A stretch of DNA of 64,000 nt from Nemertoderma westbladi. Its lineage: Eukaryota > Animalia > Xenacoelomorpha. The position numbers were made by a program, and so were the translations under genes. Below the pieces are notes generated by a model. It saw nothing but the letters and a program-made list of their open reading frames with translations. It made no database searches and was not told the DNA's origin. How positions within the stretch are numbered: position 1 is the stretch's first letter; the number at the start of each line of letters is the position of its first letter. The stretch is from positions 1-64,000 of the forward strand of contig JAUCBJ010004634.1 of NCBI GenBank assembly GCA_032718475.1. The letters run 5' to 3'. Shown in pieces: positions 12,082-24,224 of this stretch.

Positions 12082-12244
12082 GTAGTTATAAATTACTGGT
12101 GGGTGGAAGGGTGGAGGGGGGGGGGGTGCAGATTAAAAGGGGTGAACACGTACTGTCCCCCTTTCTTTGATTCATTGGTGGTGTGGGTAAATTTCTCAAA
12201 ACCTGATTTTGTGATACAGTCGCTCAATTTTAACCTGTATCTGA

Positions 12245-12655
12245 TAACTGAGCCTCGTCCTGCGCGATGGCCCCACGAACGTGTAGAGTAGAGTGATAAT
12301 AAAACTTGGCAGAGAAAGTACTTCTTTGTTAGTTGCCCTTCCTTTTGAATGCATTACCAGGCCATCTTTATACATTTTTCATGAGTGCCAGCTGGTGTTT
12401 TATCATTGCGCCTATGGCAATTTTCGTGTTTTGGGGCTATTTTTCGAATTAAAACAAGTTGAAATGTTTCAATTTAAACCGCGATTTCACAAGCACCCTT
12501 AGAAATCTATTTTCATGGTCCATGCAAAATTTCATCAAAATCGTTAGAGCCGTTTTTGCTCTAGGTCAGCAGCCAGTAGCCAGTAGTCAGTAGCCAGTAG
12601 TCAGTAGCCAGTAGCTTTTTTTTCTTACAGTAATCAAGTCTAACGACTTGCTAAT
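12245..12655 (-). mobile_element. HINE-like short element, family B, copy 1
   Basis: Near-identical to 57948-58297. Terminal hairpin caagtc-taac-gacttg next to a (cagtagc/t) microsatellite. Confidence 0.55.
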
Positions 12656-13584
12656 TACAGTACATTATATTAGTACATTAGTTCAGTTACAACAACAAAA
12701 GAGGGGATGGCGAAAGGCGCCGACCGAAAATTACTGACTGGGGCTATATTGATGCCTTGTCATACTTACAAAAGGGTGGTTTGTCGGGTGGTTAAAACCC
12801 TCATTAATGAAAAATTAATGAACAGAATTTAAAAAAATTAATGAACAGAATTTAAATAAGTATCAATAACCCAATTTGATTTTTAATATTGAAAAAAGTA
12901 TGATTACGATACAGAAACTGATTTAAAATCTACGTGTAACATATTTTATAAACTATTTAAAATGACGTACATAGTTTACCTAGGCCTACTTAAAAAAATT
13001 TAGGTTTTCAATAAAATTACCCTGCACATAATAATTTATGCATAATATATTTTTATGTGCATACAGCTTTGTATTAAATTATTAACAAAAATATATTTTA
13101 TGAAATATATTTTATAATACAACACTTTGTAGTTATCCGACACAGGTAGAGTTACATGTAGAGGGATATCGGGCTTCTTTGGACCTGGAACCATATTGAT
13201 CATTATGGATCCAGGGGAAGTCATATTGACGTTGGTACATTTTAAATTAAAACCTTGTAATTTAAATCACCGGTTTACCCAGCCGGCCGAGCCACGCAAT
13301 GGGCGTGTAAACCTCAGAAATATTAATTGTCAAAATTTGCAAAGCCCAATTGGCAAACCAAAGTTGGTTATAATTACCTTGACAACGGATATCTGATATC
13401 ACTTCTCTATCTGCAGTTACATTTTATTTATTTTAATTTGAACTGGTTGTGATGTGGCTAAATTTGGTTCTATCTTGAAACTTGAATGTTAAGTCCAACG
13501 CTTAAGCCTAGTGAGCTAAGCTACTACTATTACTGTTATTGGTATGCTACAATGCAGCTGCATTATATATATTACATATATTGA

Positions 13585-14295
13585 GAATGCTGTGCCGGCT
13601 TGTCGACAAAATTGCGCCGCCACAACTCCCTATCACTCATGACATTTGCTAGATAATCCGCATCTTCAAGGCCAGTTTCCTTACTTTAATTTAAGAGGCG
13701 TCTCATCAAGAAAGTCATGGGCTGTCCACCATGCTTATTCACTCCATGAGGCGGCCAAAAGCTCAAGATTGTGCACTAGCTGGTCTTAACGGCGAAAGCA
13801 ATGTCCTGCAAAGCAGAGGCGGCTTCGCTCAAGTGTCAAGCTAGGGGAAGGGGAGACTAAAGCACCTTCTATTTTTTATAGTTTCTGATTGAAAGTTTGG
13901 TCATTGTACTTGACACAATGAACTCGGCGTAAAATTCTTGTGAATGTGCCATCCAGAGATTTAATGTTGCGGATTGACGTCGAGCGTGGCGTGAGCATAT
14001 TATATGTTGAGCCTCCTGGGGGCTGGAGGGAAGAACTGGGGTGGGGGTCTTGCCACGTATATAAATAAAAGAGTGACATAAACTCTTTTATTTATATACG
14101 TGGCAAGACCCCCACCCCAGTTCTTCCCTCCAGCCCCCTGGAGGCTCAACATATCATATTCAGAGATTTGGTATCCTCTGCAGTTAGAGCCCAGTATGGA
14201 CTCCCATAGAGTACTGCAGTACTGGTACTAATGCTGGCCTAAATAATCGGATCTTAAGGTTCCGTTTTATTCTATTCTATGGGACTTCCAAATCC
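13585..14295 (-). mobile_element. Degraded RTE-clade non-LTR fragment, interrupted by a hairpin insertion
   Basis: Reverse-complement homology to 20700-21190 (SLDGTFTRILRRVHCVKYN). Confidence 0.8.
13963..14160. mobile_element. 198-bp foldback/MITE insertion with a 9-bp TSD
   Basis: ~78-bp near-perfect inverted arms (13997-14074 / 14082-14159) with a 7-nt loop. CAGAGATTT at 13954-13962 and 14161-14169. Confidence 0.8.
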
Positions 14296-15281
14296 AAGAC
14301 AGACAGAGTAGGCCTATTCAATGATGTTGACAATACTATTCAGTTCCGACTTTGCAAAGCTAAGCTAAGTGGAAAGGAATCAACTACAAGAAAAACAACA
14401 GAGTGCCAATTAACCCTATTAAACCCGGGGGGGGGTCAATATGACCCCCCCCCCCCCCCGTGGTTTTTTTATTATAATTCTGAAACAAACGCAGTTGGGA
14501 ATTGAAATTTTATGACTTTTCCTAAAAATATATTGTCTTCCTAGTAGTGAAAACGGTTTTCAAAAATATTGGGTAGTTTTCGAGTTATAGCACCATTTTT
14601 AACTCTACTTTTGGCACTTTTTTAGACGTTTTTTGAAAATTACATTTCGTTAAATATTAATTGTAACATCTTTATTTTGATTTACACCGGTTTTTTGGTG
14701 TTAGCAATTGGATGGAATTAATATAAATTGATTTAAAATTTCAAACTTGTTTTTTTCGGCGGGTGCTAAATTTTGGTGCTAGCACCAAATTTTGAAATAT
14801 GTCAATTTTGTAAATTGATTGTTTGAAACTTGTTTTTTACGCAATTGGGGTTTTTTGGGGTTCTGGTTTCGATAAAATATATACGAGTTACACCAAGCGT
14901 ATCAAACTTGTATTTTTCGGTGCTGTGTGCAAATTTTGGTGCTAGCACGAAAAATTTGAAAATCCATTCAATAGATAAAATTGCTTGTGACAAATTATTT
15001 CTTGCATTTTAGAGGTTTATGGCTGTTCTGAATTCAATGGAATATATAATTATCGACCTAGACAACTCAAAAGATAGAGTACTGCAGTACTGGTATTAAT
15101 GCTGGCCTAAATAATCGGATCTTAAGGTTCCGTTTTATTCTATTCTATGGGACTTCCAAATCCAAGACAGACAGAGTAGGCCTATTCAATGCTGTTGACA
15201 ATACTATTCAGTTCTGACTTTGCAAAGCTAAGCTAAGTGGAAAGGAATCAACTACAAGAAAAACAACAGAGTGCCCATTAA
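14206..15281 (+). repeat. 208-bp direct duplication (14206-14413 / 15074-15281) flanking a one-ended piggyBac-like MITE
   Basis: Both copies end in TTAA. The first is followed by CCCTATTAAACCC (TTAA|CCCT terminus) at 14414. Confidence 0.7.
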
Positions 15282-15520
15282 TAAAGGTCTTACTACTAAA
15301 CTAGGTCCTAAACTATAATTGTACTGAATATAATTTAAGTAGTTACTAGTTAGGCTTACATCTCATCATTACCTTATTATACCATTATTTAGTTACCAAA
15401 CCACTCTTACTAGATAGTGTTATTCTTCTTGTTCTGATTAGAAACTACAAACTGGCTGGAATTGTGGTGTGCAAAGTTCGCCCGCGTCCAACCTTTCCCC
15501 GGGGGAATCCTTCGCCCGCA

Positions 15521-16635
15521 GGGTAAATCTTTTCGACCTACGCGTAGGCCTACGCGTAGCTACGCGTAGTTTGTAACTTCCATTCCTGTCATTTACCGGT
15601 AGGGCCAGACTTACTGCCTTTTTAACAACTACGCGTAGGTGTTTTAAAACTACGCGTAATAATTTTGGAACTACGCGTAGGTATTTTGAAACTACGCGTA
15701 GGTACTACGCGTAGCAGTCCTGATAACAATGATTTTTCATTTCAGGTCCGGTAGGGTTGAGTTGTTAGGCAAGTATCGGTATATGTCAGGTATCTGATTA
15801 TCAGACAAATGTAATAACAGAATCGGAAACTCATATCTCTACATACAGAAATGGTAATAAATAATATTCGGCTCTTTCACATACAAACACAGAGGATGAA
15901 TAAAAAGTAAACTTAAAATTCACGTCTCATGATTCAAGTATCTTTGTTTCCATTGGATTATTTAAATATTGAACAGTAGTAAATAAAGCGACCAGTCTAC
16001 CGGTGAAGAGGTTAAGCGAAAGCTGATAAATACTGCATAATATAATCAAATTGTTTGGTCAAATAACAAGTACAACCAATCATGGAGGACAATTTAGTCT
16101 CCCCCTTCCCTTGTCAAGGGGTTAACATATTAAATACAGTATATCCTTGCCCTATCGTGAACAAAGGCAATAAAAAGCATAGAGAATCGATAAGAACCAT
16201 CGGCCTATTTCCTTTGTAAACTATTTTTGAACTCTAAACATTAATTATTAACACATTTTACCGCCCGCAACGCATGAAGTGAAGAATATGTAGTCTTCGC
16301 GTATTCCTCTATATAGAGTATACAGGTATAGGATACATTACTGTTGAAAGCATTTGATGGTTTTGGGTTGTTTATTGAACATACCGTATTGTGTCTTATT
16401 TTAGTACTGACTCGCTTGGAATACGTAAGCCTACTAATGATAAACGACGTATAGGCATAGTTATGGGTAGCACCTATGCGTAGGTCGCGTAGGACCTACG
16501 CGTAGCTACGCGTAGCACCTACGCGTAGTTATTGTTAAAACTCTGAAACTGGTGATATATGACCCAATGTTGCGAACTACGCGTAGCTACGCGTAGCTAC
16601 GCGTAGGCCTACGCGTAGGTCAAAAAGATTTACCC
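15521..16635. mobile_element. 1115-bp non-autonomous TIR element (MITE) with an 8-bp TSD
   Basis: TIR GGGTAAATCTTTT(C/T)GACCTACGCGTAGGCCTACGCGTAG at both ends. TSD CGCCCGCA at 15513-15520 and 16636-16643. Many subterminal CTACGCGTAG palindromes. Confidence 0.85.
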
Positions 16636-16699
16636 CGCCCGCACGGCAACTTCGCCCACGAGCAACTTTCACCCAATAAGATTTGTGTTAGAAACCATT

Positions 16700-16960
16700 T
16701 TTGTTACCAATTAAAGGAAAGGACCAGGTTACAGAGACGGCATTTTCTAAAAAAAAACAATAAACGATGTTGTTACCAATTGAGGGAAAGGACCAGGTCA
16801 CAGAGACGCCTTTTCTAAACAAAACAATATAAACGATGTTGTTACCAATTGAAAGAAAGGAGCAGGTTACAGAGACGGCATTTTCTAAACAAAACAATAT
16901 AAACGATGTTGTTACCAATTGAGAGAAAGGAGCAGGTTACAGAGACGGTTATTTCTAACC
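16700..16960 (+). repeat. ~70-bp minisatellite, ~4 copies, inside an older MITE-like element (~15463-17102)
   Basis: gttaccaatt...ggaccagg/ggagcagg ttacagagacgg...ttctaaac units. The flanks carry ttcgccc/gggcgaag inverted motifs. Confidence 0.7.
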
Positions 16961-17855
16961 AAACCAATAATACTTTAATGGGCGAAGGTGGTTTCCGCCG
17001 GTCGACAGTTTCTAATTTTGAGGGTGAAGTTAGCTGCGGGCGAAGTTCGCTGCGTACCGCTGGAATTTTAATGTGCACTGCACGCACAGTGCGGTGAGCC
17101 ACTACATATTACAAAGATTAATAAAAGCCCACAATACATTATAGTATTATTATGAAGCGATAAATATTTGATGAGTTTCTTTAGGTGTTTGGGAGTAGTT
17201 ATTTATGACCAGGTGTCCACAGAAAGATAAATAATAATAGGTAAAATTGTTGCTTAGAAACCGTTTATCGTCGATTCAATATTCCCCCTATCAAAGGAAA
17301 TGTAAATTTTTTCTACATACATGATATAAACGCCAACCAATTTATCTTTTAAAGTTGGAATATTTATTTATTCAAAAAATAAATTATAAAATTAAAAAAA
17401 AAATTAAAATTAAAATATAAAATAAAACAAAATAAATATATAATATAAAATTCATATTGGACTTTGGTGGAAGTAATAATAAAGCCAATTTGTTGGGCCT
17501 ACTACTAAAAATGGCGGCTTTTTTACCTTCAAATACAGTACATTGGATGATGGCTTAAAACAATTGTAGGCATATTTTACCGGTACAGAGCCCAACTCCA
17601 ATTATATTTCTTATGGACACTACTTGGCTATACGCAGACTTGACTACCTGTATAAGTTACTCTAAGTTACTCTATCTAATATTGATATAAGTATGATTAA
17701 GTATGAAGTATAATATAATATTATAGTTTTTTTAGTTAATTTATAAATAATGTAGTTTCAATGACAAATTCATCTTCTGCGTAAAAATTGTAAGTGTTAA
17801 TAAGATATATATATTGCAATTATGTTTGTTTCTCACGTTTTCCAATTATTATCAG

Positions 17856-17933
17856 TACTGGTGGTGATCAGACTGTGGTCTCCTGCTATATGTGGGGTGC
17901 CCTCACCAACAAATCCAGTTATAAGCGGAAAAG
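17856..17933 (+). CDS. Host gene exon: signal-peptide-like segment
   Basis: AG/GT bounded, phase 1-1, LVVIRLWSPAICGVPSPTNPVISGK. Confidence 0.65.
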
Positions 17934-18022
17934 GTAAGTAGACCTAATTAACCATACTGATAATGGGGATTAACCCACCAACACCCGTGGTAAATTTTAA
18001 ACACAAGGGCCGTAGGGGTCAT

Positions 18023-18100
18023 ATTAACCCTTTGAGACCGGCAGACGGGCGGTGCCCGTTGATAACCTGCACGGCGGACGGGCACCGCCCGTCACTGCTC
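18023..18100 (+). mobile_element. piggyBac-like MITE left end
   Basis: TTAA|CCCTTT followed by an internal inverted repeat gacgggcggtgcccgt / acgggcaccgcccgtc. Confidence 0.45.
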
Positions 18101-18299
18101 TATGCTTTGCTATAGTGATTTGTTATGGCGCCGGATTTCGACCTGTTTTGTCTTAAAATAATTTTCCTAAACGGAGACTAACGACCTTTATAACTATGCA
18201 AAGTCTCGAAACTGTGAGAGTAACTGCTGATTTATGGCAGATTGATATTCGTATCGATTGTAAACTCGTTGCGTTCGTTGTTTATAACCAAACTTCCGA

Positions 18300-18467
18300 T
18301 TCTTTCTAAACTTTTGCCGCCCTACATACGTACCAAGTTTCGTTTAATTCCGTCAAGGAATAACCGAGTTATTAGCGATCAAAAATTTACGACGACGACG
18401 ACGACAGACAACTCGTTAATGGCACCCATATGCTAAGGCTTCGCCCACTTCATGGCTCGCCCCACAT
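18300..18467 (-). mobile_element. HINE-like family A copy
   Basis: gtaccaagttt core, (gac)n tract and ...ggctcgccccaca end. Confidence 0.45.
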
Positions 18468-19011
18468 TATGTTGTTTTATTACAGGTCTTCTGTTTGCCT
18501 GTTTGTGAAAATCTAATTATATAATAAATTTAATTTATTTGAAATTTCGTCCAAATTCTGGCAATTTACCAAATAATTGGTGATTATGACACAACTATGC
18601 AGTGTGCATGTGAAGTTGCTTCTATGGCAACTGTTAAACAATGGTAGTCGATATGGGGGAGTCTGTCGGTTTATCGGTCTTCAAAACACCCTATCAGTGG
18701 ATTAATGGCAAAGTCATGAAATTTCAAATATCGTTTCTTTGCTTGTCAAAAAGAATAGCTATTGAAGTTTAATCCCAGTAAGATCAAAATTAATAATTAT
18801 AAAAAGTTATTTTTGTAGTATTCTTGTTTATTAATTTAATGGACAATAATAATACACAACAATGGGAATTGTTGGTCATTAAATGGTATTATATTCGTAT
18901 TATAATAATTGTGGATTACATAATTCTGATATCAGATATTTATTTAATAGGCCCCTACTCTTAGTACCTAAATAATAATCATATAATATATTGTTTCTTT
19001 ATTGTCTTCAG

Positions 19012-19119
19012 CTTTGGAATTGTCCCATTGTGACTCGACAGAATCTAACTGCCTAAATATAGTGGTGAAGCACTGTCCCAGCGGACTGAGATGGGACAGT
19101 ATCACGGATCAATGTATCG
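19012..19119 (+). CDS. Host gene exon: Cys-rich module (CPSGLRWDSITDQC resembles the peritrophin-A/CBM14 C-terminus)
   Basis: ttcag|...|gtgag, phase 1-1, open. Confidence 0.75.
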
Positions 19120-19385
19120 GTGAGTTTAATTAAGTCGTCTATAGAACAATAGTAGGCCTTTTTATATGTTGGTGTATTTAATTAAATGTTCAATAAAGGT
19201 GTATACTTTTGTCCCATAAGATATTTAATTAAATAGCTTATGGGACAAAAGTAGAATCGTAATGTTTATAATAATTTAAGTATTAGTAATAATAATATTA
19301 AGGTAAATGTGTCTTTAAGCTCAATTAATTTAATTAATTAACTAAAATATATTACTAATATTGATTGTAAACATGTTCTTCCTAG

Positions 19386-19484
19386 CCGAATGCGGTCAAG
19401 TTGGTTCAGACAACGACCACTGTGACCCCCAAGGAAGATGTTGGACTCCATTCTTTGAGAGCCTAGACGATGGAACCTGTTACG
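19386..19484 (+). CDS. Host gene exon: Cys-rich module
   Basis: ctag|...|gtaag, phase 1-1, ECGQVGSDNDHCDPQGRCWTPFFESLDDGTCY. Confidence 0.75.
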
Positions 19485-19904
19485 GTAAGAGGGCATGTAA
19501 TCACTCCCGAGTTTATTGTCTTGCTCTTAACTTCAATTTAGTATTTTATAAAAAGTTGAAAAACTTTAATATTTTAATAAACAAACATTAATCAAATCTA
19601 TATCAAGGCGTTAAATTTGTCACGGACAATCATTCTGGGGGATTATTTCCCTAAAATTGTCAAGGATAACTGACACATATATTTCCCAAGGTTAAACCAT
19701 CGAAGATCGACCATCGATTCTAACCAAAACAATAACGAAAGTAAATGTAACGGTGACAGTTATTCTTTTGAGAGTAATCAGCTGTTATTTGTTTCGAATT
19801 TCCCATGGAGAGGGATACACTCACCCCCTCCCAGGTTTTCTACGAATTAATTTGCATGAATAATTGTCGCGGCATAATTTTCCACTACCATTGCTCTGGA
19901 CAAT

Positions 19905-21234
19905 GCTCTGATTGATCTCGATTGCTGCAAAGCTATACAATATAATTCTATTAAATCGCATCAGGGATCCCATTGAGAGACTGCTCCGTGGAAATCAGAA
20001 TGGGTTCCGTAAAGGTCGTGGGACCATGGAGCCAATTTTGGCACTTAGAAGGATACTTGAAGAGTTATCAAAAAGGAAAGACAGGCATCTGGCTGTTATC
20101 TTTGTTGACTTCTTCAAGGCCTTTGATTCATCTTACTTTCATTATATGGGATTCCTGATGAAATTATTGCAGCAATCAGATCAGTATACGATGGTTCGAC
20201 AACATTTGTGTCTACTGTTGACGGTGACACAGAACCATTTGAAGTGTTATGGGGCGTCCTCCAGGGAGACACACTTGCACCATTCTTGTTCATAATTGTT
20301 GTTGACTATGTTCTACGCATGTCCTTAGATCATCAAAATGATGATGGGGTGATGATAACTCCACCTACTGGCTCCAGAAGTCGAGGAAATCCTCGCAAGT
20401 ACCTAACTGATCTAGACTTTGCTGATGACTTAGGAGTACTCTCAGAATCATTAGAGGGAGCCCAACGGCTCCTCAGCTCATTAGAACATGCTGCTTCTGG
20501 TGTTGGTCTTTTTATTAACTGAAAGACCAAATTTTGACAGTTAACTTTGAAAGTCCTCAGCAAGTCTCTGATCGGATGAGCATAAGCTCAAAAGTTGGTA
20601 TGCGTGAGCATGTCGACGACTTCTGTTACCTGGGATCATGGATACGGAAGTTAGGTGAGCACCTTCGAATACGTAAGGGAAAGGCATGGGCGGCCTTGAA
20701 TAGGCTTTCCAGGATTTGGAAGTCACCGAGAATTAATCGGAAACTTAAGGTCCGATTATTTAGAGCAGCAGTAGTTCCAGTACTCCTCTATAGGAGTCCA
20801 TGCAGGGCTCTAACTGCTGAGGACACCAAATCTCTGGATGGCACATTCACAAGAATGCTACGCCGGGTTCATTGTGTTAAGTACAACGCACACATCTCTA
20901 ACCAGACACTATATAACATTGGAAGTGTCTCATTGGTTCCACCAAGCTTGACACTAGAACAAAATCGCCTCCGCTTTGCAGGACATTGCTTTCGCCGTGA
21001 GGACCAGCCAGTGCATAATCTTGTACTTTGGCAGCCTCATGGAGTGAATAAGCATGGTGGACAGCCCATGACTTTCTTGAGACGCATCTTAAAGGACACT
21101 GGCCTTGAAGATGCGGATCATCTAGCAAATGTCATGGGTGATAGGGAGTTGTGGCGGTGCAATTTTGTCGACAAGCCGGCACAGCATTCTTAAAAATGCA
21201 GCTGCAATGTAGCATGCCGATACTAGTAGTAGTA
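19905..21234 (+). mobile_element. 5'-truncated RTE-clade (RTE-X-like) non-LTR retrotransposon, frameshifted
   Basis: RT motifs QNGFRKGR, FVDFFKAFDS, GVLQGDTLAP, DLDFADD. (TAG)n tail. 12-bp TSD GCTCTGGACAAT at 19893-19904 and 21235-21246. Confidence 0.9.
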
Positions 21235-21568
21235 GCTCTGGACAATAATAATTAGCTCCGGATCAAAAATCCGCGATAATAATTCGAGGAAAATAAATTT
21301 CACAAGTATATAATTACAGTATGTTATTTTATCTTAGAGGCTCAAAATGACCACAGAGACTAAATATGTGTTTAGCGCGTTTAAAAACATAATTTGATTT
21401 AATTTAAAACATTAATGGAAATTAGCATGTTACAGTGTCGGAGTTTTCTCACCAAAACAAATAAACGAGACTTTATTTCATATGCGACCAATTTTCGCTG
21501 AAGTCAATGTGCAACACTAGCTGTTATATTTTATCACTCCGTTGTTATATTCATATACCGTATTACAG

Positions 21569-21697
21569 CTGCCTGTACCTCCTCGTCTGATTGCACCACT
21601 CCCAATGCAGAATTGAAGGTTTTGCCGAGTTGCAAAATTGGTACAAAATCCAAAGTATCGCTCACACACGATGTCTCCAATCAATGCTTAAACATAG
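21569..21697 (+). CDS. Host gene exon: Cys-rich module
   Basis: tacag|...|gtgag, phase 1-1, ACTSSSDCTTPNAELKVLPSC...NQCLNI. Confidence 0.75.
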
Positions 21698-21804
21698 GTG
21701 AGTTTTATATTAATTAATTTACGAATTAATTATTATTGTAATTAGGAATCAAATACTATAGAATGTAAACCTCGACAAAATCTCTAAATTGATTTCATAT
21801 GTGT

Positions 21805-22167
21805 TTAGTGTTTATCCGTGGGAGTTAGTGTCATGGTCTACCTGCCTTACAGGTAACAGCCAAGAGAGAGAAGCCTTAGTGTTTATCCGTGGGTGATAGT
21901 GTCACAATCTGCCTGCCTTACAAGTAACAGCCAAGAGAGAGTAGCCTTAGTGTTTATCCGTGGGAGTTAGTGTCACGGACTGCCTGCCTTACAGATAACA
22001 GCCAAGAGAGAGGAGCCTTAGTGTTCATCCGTGGGAGTTAGTGTCACGGTCTGCCTGCCTTACAGGTAACAGCCAAGAGAGAGGAGCCTTAGTGTTCATC
22101 CGTGGGAGTTAGTGTCACGGTCTGCCTGCCTTACAGGTAACAGCCAAGAGAGAGGAGCCTTAGTGTT
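21805..22167 (+). repeat. 71-bp minisatellite, ~5 copies
   Basis: ttagtgtt(t/c)atccgtgggagttagtgtcacggtctgcctgccttacaggtaacagccaagagagaggagcc units. Confidence 0.9.
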
Positions 22168-22199
22168 ACCTCCGATTCACCGATAACATTACACATTAC

Positions 22200-22507
22200 A
22201 ACAAACAGTAATTGTAAGTTGATCGCGCATAGTTTTGTCCAGATGATCCTTTACGCCAGAGGTACAATTTGTCTACCAAAACATTCGCCCCCCAGCGGTC
22301 GATTGGAAAAGATTGGAAATCTGTCTTTGTGTAAGATTGCTCAACCTTTGATAGTCAACATATGTACCAGGTTTGGTTACATTTTGGTTTGGTCTGTTTG
22401 GTAGATTGACTGACTTATTGGCGTTCAAACATGTCCAACGACGACGGCAGACGGGTTATTTGTACCCCAACGCTAAGGCTCACCTAGACTTTGTGGCTCG
22501 CCCCACA
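22200..22507 (-). mobile_element. HINE-like family A copy
   Basis: cgcccccagcgg, gtaccaggtttggttac, (gac)n and ...gtggctcgccccaca. Confidence 0.45.
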
Positions 22508-22533
22508 TATTATATATCGTATCGTTTTTATAG

Positions 22534-22665
22534 GTTGTTACCGTTTACCTTTGTTTGCTAATGGCTCTGCTTTATCGGACTGCATGGAGGACATTAAATC
22601 ACCCTACTGCACTGCCAATGTAGAAGCTTTCCGTTACTACAACATTGATGAAGGCAAATGTAAAG
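22534..22665 (+). CDS. Host gene exon: Cys-rich module
   Basis: tatag|...|gtaag, phase 1-1, CYRLPLFANGSALSDCMEDIKSPYC...EGKCK. Confidence 0.75.
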
Positions 22666-23652
22666 GTAAGTGCCAACTACAGCTGTTTTACTAAAGGTGA
22701 GTGCCAACTACAGCTGTTTTACTACCAACTACAGCTGTTTTACTAAAGGTGAGTGCCAACTACAGCTGTTTTACTAAAGGTGAGTGCCAACTACAGCTGT
22801 TTTAAGAGAGGTGAATGCCAACTACAGCTGTTTTACTAAAGGTGAGTGCCAACTACAGCTGTTTTACTAAAGATGAGTGCCAACTACAGCTGTTTTACTA
22901 AAGGTGAGTGCCAACTACAGCTGTTTTACTAAAGGTGAGTGCCAACTGCAGCTGTTTTACTCTAAAGGTGAGTCCCAACTACAGCTATTTTACTAAAGGT
23001 GAGTGCAAACAAACAGCTGTTTTACTACCAACTACATCTGTTTTACTACCAACAACTGCTGTTTTACTAAAGGTGAGTGCCAACTACAGCTGTTTCACTA
23101 AAGGTGAGTGCCAACAAACAGCTGTTTTACTGCCAACTACAGCTGTTATTACTATCAACCACAGCTGTTTGTTTACTACCAACTACATCTGTTTTACTAC
23201 CAACAACAGCTTTTTTACTAAAGGTGAGTGCCAACTACAGCTGTTTCACTAAAGGTGAGTGCCAACTACAGCTGTTTTACTAAAGGTGAGTACCAACAAA
23301 CAGCTGTTTTACTGCCAACTACAGCTGTTATTACTATCAACCACAGCTGTTTGTTTTACTACCAACTACATCTGTTTTACTTGATTAACAAAGTATAGTT
23401 TTTAATTGTTTTGTGTTTGTATTCGTATTTTGTGATCTCGTCTCGTGCCTAATATTTGTTTTTTTCTATTACATTTATCAGCCAATATAAAACGTAAAAA
23501 AAAAAAAGTTTTACTACCAACTACATCTTTTTACTACCAACTACAGCTGTTTTACTATCAACTACAGCTGTTTTACTACCAACTACATCTGTTTTACTAC
23601 CAACAACAGCTGTTTTACTAAAGGCGAGTGCCAACTACAGCTGTTTTACTAA
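22661..23652 (+). repeat. 31-bp (and 21-bp sub-unit) minisatellite containing the splice-donor sequence
   Basis: taaaggtgagtgccaactacagctgttttac repeated, starting at the real exon donor. Confidence 0.9.
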
Positions 23653-24224
23653 ATCTATTCGCTTTTCAATCATTTCCACTGTCTCCGATATAACTGCTGT
23701 CAAACATTATTATACATTTACCACATTCTTTACCAAAGACTTCAAGGTAAGTTAGTAATGCAAATGTTTTACAGTAGGAACTGGAACAGTTTATCTCGTA
23801 ATCTTCCATACTGGTTGATCGTCGGTTGACAACCTTGTCAAGTTATTAGTTATACTTGGATGGATATGCTGTTTCCTTATTTTAAATCACCAAAAATTAC
23901 AATAATTTAAGAATAGAATAGCAAATTAAAGCAAGTTAATATGTCGGACTACCGGTTATATACCATCCATAATCGGTTCAAGTTGTTTCGATCTATTGTG
24001 GTTTCTCCGCGATTTTCTTTTTCTACATAAATTTTGCAATTTAATTCCCTACCAAGCGTTTTTCTAGATTTGCGTTGTTTTATTTCGCTGTCTAATGCGT
24101 TCCAGAAAATGGCACCATGTTATTTTAGTAAATTTTGGGTTAGTATTGTCGGGTCCGTTTTGCCGACATGCCATTAATCGAGTATTATAGGAATGTTTGA
24201 ATCAAGACTGCGATAAGTGATCTG

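Noticed and set aside
22908-23283. ORFs MPTTAVLLKVSAN...
   Set aside because: Translations of the 31-bp minisatellite.
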